Shown here piece after piece: positions 58,101-64,000 of a DNA stretch of 64,000 bases. The notes below the pieces were generated by a model, which ran no database searches, was not told the DNA's origin, and saw nothing but the letters and a program-made list of their open reading frames with translations. Source of the DNA: Planctomycetota bacterium (GTDB lineage Bacteria; Planctomycetota; PLA2; JAEUHO01); the NCBI GenBank assembly GCA_965222115.1, contig CBDCTJ010000007.1:2816001-2880000 (forward strand), given 5' to 3'. Every line of letters starts with the position of its first letter. Position 1 is the first letter of the stretch. The position numbers and the translations under genes were made by a program.

Positions 58101-58472
58101 GGCATGGCCGCCTTCAATGAAGCGGCCATTGCATGGCGGCAAGCCGAGCGCGAGTTGGCCAACAGGCTATCCACGCACGCGGCAAAGGCGTTTCACCGTC
58201 GCAATGCATCTGGCGAGCGATTAGCGAAGGCGCTCGTACTCGCCACATCGAGCGCATTGCCGTCCGCAAACGACGTACAAGCATTGTTGGGCGAAATTCA
58301 GAACGATGCCGACACGGTTAGTGCAATTCAGAGTGGCTATCTCTTGTCCTTGGCTCGACCGGACACCGCGGCAGCGTGCCGCGACTACGTGCGTGAGCGT
58401 GCAGAGGCCATAGACGCCAATCTTTGGGGATTTCGCAGAGAAATCGTCTCAATCGAAGAAGCCGTGCAATAG
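55200..58472 (+). CDS. Ser/Thr protein kinase with degenerate P-loop domain and TPR-like C-terminus
   Basis: IGEGG, VVKI, HADLKPGN, DLG, GTPRYISPEQ, SDLYSLG; AGGAG RBS then TTG at 55200. Confidence 0.9.
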   Translation: MSSTQQPFAWSDIRAAFDHAMELPEHERCAYLRTNYSPAIAAEAQSLLEHHVAAASFLAPPPTDVLEPHRLEDKAAHHNTFPDTLLADRYLIKELIGEGGTSWVHRAKDQMTGDDVVVKIIAKQHAVRYDVARLEASALRLLALPGIVRLLDEGIEGDQTFLVMEYVEGKPYPGWSAPLADPRSENAPLRHTWQTIRQPTIGLLETLSRVHSRGIVHADLKPGNVLVRRNGSSVVLDLGISRDPGLDRETLRSIALAGTPRYISPEQLDGKPATAASDLYSLGIMLYEALAGCDPHDARTAHETIARRVHCSPPPLRDVAPDVPPRIAACIDRMIASDPKHRYPNALSVLTDLEAGSERLDVNDEFALCSSEFVERLFNRIMAGHSVDVSGPRRSGRSMTLRKLGARLVAEGRSVAFVQAGTRPFESLASIGINVSRLQADTRHALQNAVTSKLHSILSGGTIVMVPHPTTVDSHSREMLTSARQAGGIVRAVLMDTPGALAVPPVSASELMRCFHGRERIHYIPSDAAHQLWLRTGGRAGLVLDELNAWERAGLAHWDGDRMRIDRDAITRLRGGLRVRHQDGLVPDSPVSAVSDRPRTERALLACVDLLGRHASPARCAKALGISIAEAELQMESMEREGTLQATDSGGYFVRVPMNHGSQLGPAQLRSLHRGIASTLPKDEPKRMQHLILAGELDAATREAAALADTLTSHGRVQQAWNVVREGLRTAYQTNTRGHVVELLERMCEYALTLGSPRALALSEYELGRAYVASDAIEPLRRTMRAATFVTSAEAERALKALPLDAPPASVRAYRTMISVWMFAARVSPMPTFRRHLHLAERAVAARMQTNDCFSLVGARAWLAYREDDYVSAARQHLRAVDRAPMLSTQMTFRTNAASAFLEAGKFDDALREAKIVHDWASPRRHTSLVARSELMMRAARYRRSDDVQPDPEFVDACEEALSKTSPGMAAFNEAAIAWRQAERELANRLSTHAAKAFHRRNASGERLAKALVLATSSALPSANDVQALLGEIQNDADTVSAIQSGYLLSLARPDTAAACRDYVRERAEAIDANLWGFRREIVSIEEAVQ

Positions 58473-58546
58473 CGAAGACCTCATTCGGTAACTAAGCCTG
58501 GGTGCCACGTGTGCATCCACTGCCTTTACCGAAATGAGGACTTCTG

Positions 58547-58936
58547 ATGATTCGTACGCTTGCACGTATTCCCACCACACTTAGCGCTTTTGTTTTGCTC
58601 ACCTGTCTTGCCCTTCCCGTCGCGCTGTCGGGCATGGACCAAGGTTGGTTTGAACTCAGTCAGCCCGGAAACACCGATCCTGTCGCTTGGGTCTGGTGTG
58701 AAGATTCAACGGATGATGGCGATGGTGTGGAGTACATCGCCATGCTCTCCACGTACGCACATTGCACTTCAAGCAATACCTCTCAGGAGACCACGGTAGA
58801 TCGTGGGGGCTCCACAGGCTTTAACTCGCCCGAAGACTTTGCGGACTGGATCGTGATGAACTACGCGCACGTGAGCAGCCGCTCCGATCTCGTGATTCAC
58901 AAGCGTGTCGTCACGACCGTCACACTGGTTCCCTAA
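58547..58936 (+). CDS. small exported acidic hypothetical protein
   Basis: GAGGA RBS, hydrophobic signal peptide, 129 aa. Confidence 0.65.
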   Translation: MIRTLARIPTTLSAFVLLTCLALPVALSGMDQGWFELSQPGNTDPVAWVWCEDSTDDGDGVEYIAMLSTYAHCTSSNTSQETTVDRGGSTGFNSPEDFADWIVMNYAHVSSRSDLVIHKRVVTTVTLVP

Positions 58937-59394
58937 TCCGCCCCCGCCTTCCAAAGATGCAGCTCCTTTGCAATGTGAAGGAGCTGCTCACGAGTCTCCG
59001 GTCGCCAGGACCTCGGCGATGGCCAGTCCACATCGTCACGCAGCGAGAACCACGCGACACGTTCAATGCGTCCACGGGGCGCATCGGGTTGGCTAGGTTC
59101 CTCGCCGGGCGCGGGCAGTCCACTGAGTCGTGAACAAAGATACGTTAATAGACGCGTGTAACTCACATGCGGAAGATTGAGCGGCCATTCAAACAACAGG
59201 CGCTCAACCCGAACGTGAACGCGCGTCTCTTCCCACAGTTCGCGTGCCACGCATGCTGTCGCGCTCTCTCCTTCTTCCCGGCCGCCGCCAGGTAAGAGCC
59301 AAAACGCATCGCGATTGTGCGGTCGGTAGTAGAGCAAGAGGCATCGCCCGTCTTCAACAAGGGCGCCCTGATAACGGACCTGTCGATTCATCAC
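58933..59394 (-). CDS. NUDIX hydrolase
   Basis: PGGGREEGE.....ARELWEET Nudix box. Confidence 0.9.
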   Translation of the reverse strand: MMNRQVRYQGALVEDGRCLLLYYRPHNRDAFWLLPGGGREEGESATACVARELWEETRVHVRVERLLFEWPLNLPHVSYTRLLTYLCSRLSGLPAPGEEPSQPDAPRGRIERVAWFSLRDDVDWPSPRSWRPETREQLLHIAKELHLWKAGAD

Positions 59395-59894
59395 CCTCTG
59401 TCTTCACTGCCTAATGCGGTATCGTCTGTAGCGGAGTCGCTGGGTTGCTTCGGCGCGAGATCCGGTCGATTGGGTAGTGGACAGAGCACGTCGATGCGCG
59501 CACCAAAGGGATCATCCACACACGCGAACCGCATGGCCTCGTACATCCACGTGTCCTGCGGCTCCATCACAGTCCTTGCACCGGCATCCACGAATGCCCT
59601 ATGCAACGCATCCACATCCTCGGGCTGGGCCACAGACAAGGCGAACTCGGCGTTGGCAGGGTTCTTTCCGGGTCGAGTTCCAATGCGGGAGGGAAACAAT
59701 GTCAGCCATGTTGTCCCGCAGCGCCAGCCGCGAATATTGCCATCGGGGGACGTCATGGTGGGACCGCCAAGTGCCGTGGAATAAAACGCCGTGGCCTGCT
59801 CGTAATCTTCGTAGTACAGGCTTACATAACCCAAGCTGCGGACGCACGAGCCCTCCTCGGCGTCATGGGGGCGATTTGTAGCTTCGATTGGCAT
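59391..59894 (-). CDS. VOC/glyoxalase family protein (start uncertain)
   Basis: D.E.A.AFY...LG, DVDA....AGA....P.D.W...R.A...DPFG. Confidence 0.85.
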   Translation of the reverse strand: MPIEATNRPHDAEEGSCVRSLGYVSLYYEDYEQATAFYSTALGGPTMTSPDGNIRGWRCGTTWLTLFPSRIGTRPGKNPANAEFALSVAQPEDVDALHRAFVDAGARTVMEPQDTWMYEAMRFACVDDPFGARIDVLCPLPNRPDLAPKQPSDSATDDTALGSEDRG

Positions 59895-59970
59895 GATGGC
59901 GAAAGTCCAGTTCGACCGTGCGATCGTGCCGGCAATCGGCACGTGGGTCAAGTGCTGATACTGTTCACGT

Positions 59971-61653
59971 ATGAAGACGCTGACCACGCTGCTCACCTGT
60001 ATTGCACTCTTCGCGCCCCTCCCGGCCTCGGCCAAAGACGAGGTTTCATGGAAGACAACCAGCAAGGCCGTAAAGAAACTCTGGAAGACGCCCGGTAAGA
60101 TGGGGTCGAAGGAGAAGCTTGTGGAGGCCCTCCGTGCTGTGGGACACGGCGACGCGGTCAAACTCATGGCCGACTGGTACTTGCGATCGGGCACGTGGTC
60201 CACCAAGACTCTCATACCGGCCCATGTCGAGGCTGTGCAGAAGGTCGAGGATCATCAACGAACGTCGGGGTCAGGGCCGGGAAAAACGGTCAAGGCGAGT
60301 GTGATGAAAACGTGGAAGGCGCTCTGCAAGATGCGTGACGCCGCCAAAATGCATGTGGACACCGAGCGAGCGCTACGGCGACGTTTGGCAGGCGCAATTG
60401 CAGGCGTGAGCGACAAGCAGGGCACGGCTTGGCTCGCCGACCATCTTGCACCCAAGTTGCGAAAAAAGAAAAAGGACCCCCATGGCGCGAGGCTACGCGT
60501 GGCCATCATGCGCTGCCTCTCGACCAAACCTGTAGATCAAGTGGGGACGTGGGTGTTGCAGGCGGCGGGCGACGACGCCGATCCCAAAGAACGCGCATTG
60601 GCATATCACTACCTGGCAACAAACAAAATGTCGGGTGGCATCGCTGTGATCGCCAAGGGACTTACGAAACCGGATGGCATAACGGCGCGCTCCGCCGTCG
60701 CCGCACTGCAAGTCTACAATGACCCAAATGCCGTCAAGCCGCTCATTGATGCACTCGAGAACGCATCGCCATTCTTGGGAAATCAGATCGAGGCTGTGTT
60801 GCATTGGTACACGGGCAACCACTTCAATGCCGTGGCCGACATTTGGAAACAGTGGTGGGCGCGGGAAGGCGAGGCGTGGCTGGCGTCGGCGGGAGCCAAA
60901 ACAGATCGCCACAAAGCGAGGCGTAAGGAAAAGCAACACACCGGCACGCGCGCAACCTTCTATGACATCCCCACACAGAGTCAGGCCATCGTCTTTGTGC
61001 TCGATCGATCCGGGAGTATGAAGGACAAGGCGGGCGAAAAGACACGCGCACGCAAGGCGAAGCTGCCGCCCAAGGGACCTACCACGGGCGGACCCAAGAA
61101 GAAGAAGGGAGAGCCGGGGAAGGTCTATCAACCCCTGGCGGGCGATACGCGACTTGCTGTGGCCAAGTCTCAATTGACGCGCTCGATTCAAAACCTCGAT
61201 CGCGACGTAGCGTTTGCCCTCGTGTTTTATAGCACCGACGTCAAAGTGTGGCAGCCCGCGCCAGACATGCGCGCCGCTACGCCACCCGACAAGGCCGATG
61301 CCATCAAGTGGTATTCAGAACTCAAGCCCGAAGGTTCGACACAGTTGTTCGATGCGCTCATGACCGCACTGAAGTACGCGGACGTTCCGACCAAGAAGTC
61401 GAAGAAGAACAAGGCGGCCAAGGGTGGCGCCAACACCATATTCCTACTTTCCGATGGTTCCCCCACCGACCCTTCGGGACAACCACTAAAGCCCGGAAAA
61501 ATGGAAGAGCAGTTGCAGGCGTTTCTAAAGGCGAACGAGGTCTATCGCTGTGTCGTGCACACGATTGGCGTCGGCCCAAGTCACAATCGCTCGCTCTTGC
61601 AACGCATCGCACGCGCGACGGGTGGGGAGTATCGAGGCGTGGGGATGGATTAA
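59971..61653 (+). CDS. exported HEAT-repeat + vWA domain protein
   Basis: Signal peptide; AV.PLI.AL HEAT repeats; FY.I, FVLDRSGSM, G.T..FDAL, TIFLLSDG.P, HTIGVG. Confidence 0.88.
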   Translation: MKTLTTLLTCIALFAPLPASAKDEVSWKTTSKAVKKLWKTPGKMGSKEKLVEALRAVGHGDAVKLMADWYLRSGTWSTKTLIPAHVEAVQKVEDHQRTSGSGPGKTVKASVMKTWKALCKMRDAAKMHVDTERALRRRLAGAIAGVSDKQGTAWLADHLAPKLRKKKKDPHGARLRVAIMRCLSTKPVDQVGTWVLQAAGDDADPKERALAYHYLATNKMSGGIAVIAKGLTKPDGITARSAVAALQVYNDPNAVKPLIDALENASPFLGNQIEAVLHWYTGNHFNAVADIWKQWWAREGEAWLASAGAKTDRHKARRKEKQHTGTRATFYDIPTQSQAIVFVLDRSGSMKDKAGEKTRARKAKLPPKGPTTGGPKKKKGEPGKVYQPLAGDTRLAVAKSQLTRSIQNLDRDVAFALVFYSTDVKVWQPAPDMRAATPPDKADAIKWYSELKPEGSTQLFDALMTALKYADVPTKKSKKNKAAKGGANTIFLLSDGSPTDPSGQPLKPGKMEEQLQAFLKANEVYRCVVHTIGVGPSHNRSLLQRIARATGGEYRGVGMD

Positions 61654-61784
61654 ATCTCCCTGCGTATCCGCTCTATTGTCCCTAAAATCCCGTCGCCGAA
61701 TCTGAATCCTTCGCCTAGCCCGTTCCCCATTGGCGGTGCGTGTAGTTGATCTCACGCAAAGATAGGAATCGGGTCAGGGTTGGC

Positions 61785-63026
61785 CTACAGATTGAGATTC
61801 AGATGAGGGAAGAGCAGGCTAGTCACCATACTCCGGAACGACAGGCGTCTCTTTGGGGGAATCTTCTTCTCGGGTTCATCCCCGTACTCAGGGGTTGGCG
61901 TGTCACTTGGCGTATCGCCATACTCGGGCGTTGTATAACCTGGATTCGTATCACCAGGTTTTTCGTCGCCGTAATCGGGGCCTGAACCGTACTCGCCATA
62001 CGTCGTGCCACCTTTGGACGCACCGCTACCCCAGCCCTGATTCCCTTTTCCGCCATCGGTCAACGAGGGAATGCCATCCCATAACTCCACGACGTGATCG
62101 CCGGACACGCGCAGGGTTCGCGGCAGACGTCTGTAAAGGGGTCGAATCAGCGCAAGCGGCGCATGGCGCAGGTAAAATGTGGGGCTGAACTCGGCATGGA
62201 TCATCTTGACGTCGTCTTCGCTGGTTGGCGTCATGAGGACAAGTTGAGGACGATCGGTCCCTCGAACGGTTGCCGCGTAATCATTCAGCTCGCGAAAGTG
62301 CTTTTCAATGAACGTGCGGTCATCGAGATCCGCCAACACCACCAACCAATGGCCACGATCAAGACCCACTTGAACGGTGGTCAGGCAACTGCGCTCCAAT
62401 CCTTCTCCAGCACACGTTTCCGATACGCGATCGCCCTCGTGCAATCGCGTAGCAAGGTCGTCAAAAGGCAAATCCGGAGCCATAAATGCAACGCCAGTGA
62501 GCACCGCGGCGAGCACCGCGGCGAGCCACACGCGGGCACGGGGTAGGGCACCGCCGCGCATGCCCCATATGAGTAGGAGCAGCGGCGGGACCAGGAGCAG
62601 AAGATCCATAAAGAACGCTTCTTTGGGTGTGCGGTCCACCAAATTTCCGAAGCAGCCACAGTTCTCTTCGGGCGTCCTCGCGCCGGTCTCTACGGCGTAC
62701 CACGCATGGGCGGTCAAATAGATGAAGAACGCCACAAGCAGAATGGACGGTATCACGACGGCCTTATGACGTACGCCCAGCAAGAGCGCCACGCCGAGAA
62801 AGACCTCAAGTGCGATGGCAATCAATGCCACCGCGCGTGCCGACAACAGAAAATCCAATCCCTCCAAGCGGATGGTCTCTTCAAAGCGCACGGGATCAAT
62901 GATCTTGGCGTAGGCGGCGAATAGGAGAATGCCTCCGAGCGCCACAGCACCGACGGTTCCCAAGATGTCTCGGAGGCCTGGCGAGTTCGGACGTTCACGG
63001 GTCTTGATGGCCTGCTCAAGCGTCAT
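61785..63026 (-). CDS. MauE/DoxX family membrane protein with soluble C-domain and Tyr-Gly repeat tail
   Basis: AAYAKIIDP..F, EV.LG..LL.G, NCGCFG; tail with PEYGD/PDYGD repeats. Confidence 0.8.
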   Translation of the reverse strand: MTLEQAIKTRERPNSPGLRDILGTVGAVALGGILLFAAYAKIIDPVRFEETIRLEGLDFLLSARAVALIAIALEVFLGVALLLGVRHKAVVIPSILLVAFFIYLTAHAWYAVETGARTPEENCGCFGNLVDRTPKEAFFMDLLLLVPPLLLLIWGMRGGALPRARVWLAAVLAAVLTGVAFMAPDLPFDDLATRLHEGDRVSETCAGEGLERSCLTTVQVGLDRGHWLVVLADLDDRTFIEKHFRELNDYAATVRGTDRPQLVLMTPTSEDDVKMIHAEFSPTFYLRHAPLALIRPLYRRLPRTLRVSGDHVVELWDGIPSLTDGGKGNQGWGSGASKGGTTYGEYGSGPDYGDEKPGDTNPGYTTPEYGDTPSDTPTPEYGDEPEKKIPPKRRLSFRSMVTSLLFPHLNLNL

Positions 63027-63223
63027 CGCTAAATCTCCTCAAGAGACAAACGAACGAGAACGCTCTATGGTAGACCTTGCCTTTGCCACCGCACACGGTT
63101 CTCTTTCGAGGATGGGCTGGATCTCATCCTGAGGTGACGGCAACGTGACAAGGGCCGCAACAAGTGACCATTGGCAGATTGTTGGGCTAGGATTCGCCGC
63201 ACGCACCGGTTGGAGCCACCCAC

Positions 63224-64000
63224 GTGATTCGCGCACGGGACTTGAGTAAAACCTACCGTGTTCATCGCAAGGATCCCGGGCTCTGGGGGTCCGTTCGTGG
63301 GTTGATCCGCAGGGAGACGGTGGAAAAGCATGCCGTCACTGGCGTGTCGTTTCAGGTGGAGGCCGGTGAGATTCTCGGGCTGGTGGGACCCAACGGCGCC
63401 GGAAAGACAACGCTCGTGAAGATGTTGGCGGGCATTGTGCATCCCACATCGGGAACCGCGGAAGTACTCGGCTTTGATCCTTGGAAGCGACATAACGATT
63501 TTCGCCGTCAAATCGCGCTTGTCATGGGGCAGAAGGCACAGCTCTGGTGGGATCTTCCCGCTGCCGATTCATTCCTTCTGTTGCGAGAGATCTACCGACT
63601 TGAACGTGGTGCATTCAAGCGTACCTACGACGAGCTGACCGACCTTCTCGGTGTTCGAGATCAGTTGACGATTCCCGTTCGGCGCCTCAGTCTCGGCGAA
63701 CGCATGAAACTGGAACTCATGGCTGCGCTCCTTCACCAGCCGCGAGTCGTCTTTCTCGATGAGCCCACGATTGGGCTCGACTTCACCGCCCAACGCGCCA
63801 TTCGCGACTTTTTGCTGCATTACCGTGAAGTTCATCGACCGGCGATGATCCTCACGAGCCACTACATGGAGGACATCGAGCGACTCTGCCCGCGCATCAT
63901 CATCATTCGCGATGGCCAGTTTGCCTTTGACGGGCCGATCGAAGATTTGCGTGAACGTTATGCCAATCACAAGTTGATTGTTGCACGCTATCATCGCGAC
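63224..64000 (+). CDS. ABC-2 type transporter ATP-binding protein (runs off window end)
   Basis: Manual translation: LSKTY..., GPNGAGKTT, GQKAQLWWDLP, LSLGERMK, FLDEPTIGLD, LTSHYM.DIE; GGAG RBS before GTG. Confidence 0.92.
   Translation, partial: MIRARDLSKTYRVHRKDPGLWGSVRGLIRRETVEKHAVTGVSFQVEAGEILGLVGPNGAGKTTLVKMLAGIVHPTSGTAEVLGFDPWKRHNDFRRQIALVMGQKAQLWWDLPAADSFLLLREIYRLERGAFKRTYDELTDLLGVRDQLTIPVRRLSLGERMKLELMAALLHQPRVVFLDEPTIGLDFTAQRAIRDFLLHYREVHRPAMILTSHYMEDIERLCPRIIIIRDGQFAFDGPIEDLRERYANHKLIVARYHRD

Noticed and set aside
62499-62526. 12-bp tandem repeat (LAAV x2) as a phase-variation site
   Set aside because: In-frame, two copies, within a TM helix; an ordinary slippage duplication like those at 4235 and 37123.

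Overview
GC-rich bacterial chromosomal window. The gene content suggests Planctomycetota (inference): ECF sigma/Ser-Thr kinase pairs, a DUF1570-like peptidase, HEAT-vWA and giant VIT/vWA/TPR proteins. It holds about 50 CDS, including anmK, purM, dxr-rseP, sfsA, smpB-ssrA(tmRNA), nfu-acnA and ABC transporters. Four observations stand out. (1) Directly downstream of tmRNA, two divergent four-helix-bundle (IVP/bAvd-like) genes each carry a long RBS-sequestering 5' hairpin and are bracketed by a repeated module, (CCACGT)n + ~35-nt core + (CGGGTNA)n; a gene-less copy of the same architecture lies 5 kb away. (2) A secreted peroxiredoxin-like protein has an in-frame UGA at its conserved C-terminal Cys position followed by a SECIS-like hairpin (probable selenoprotein), and also carries an ACP-like insert. 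(3) An AT-richer islet encodes a 12-Cys secreted miniprotein (frameshifted in its signal peptide) next to a MauE-domain protein. (4) A MarR-controlled cassette of two unknown exported proteins separates an ABC transporter from its usual DUF3299 partner. Two or three single-base frameshifts suggest indel errors in the assembly. All family assignments come from motif recognition by eye, not database searches.
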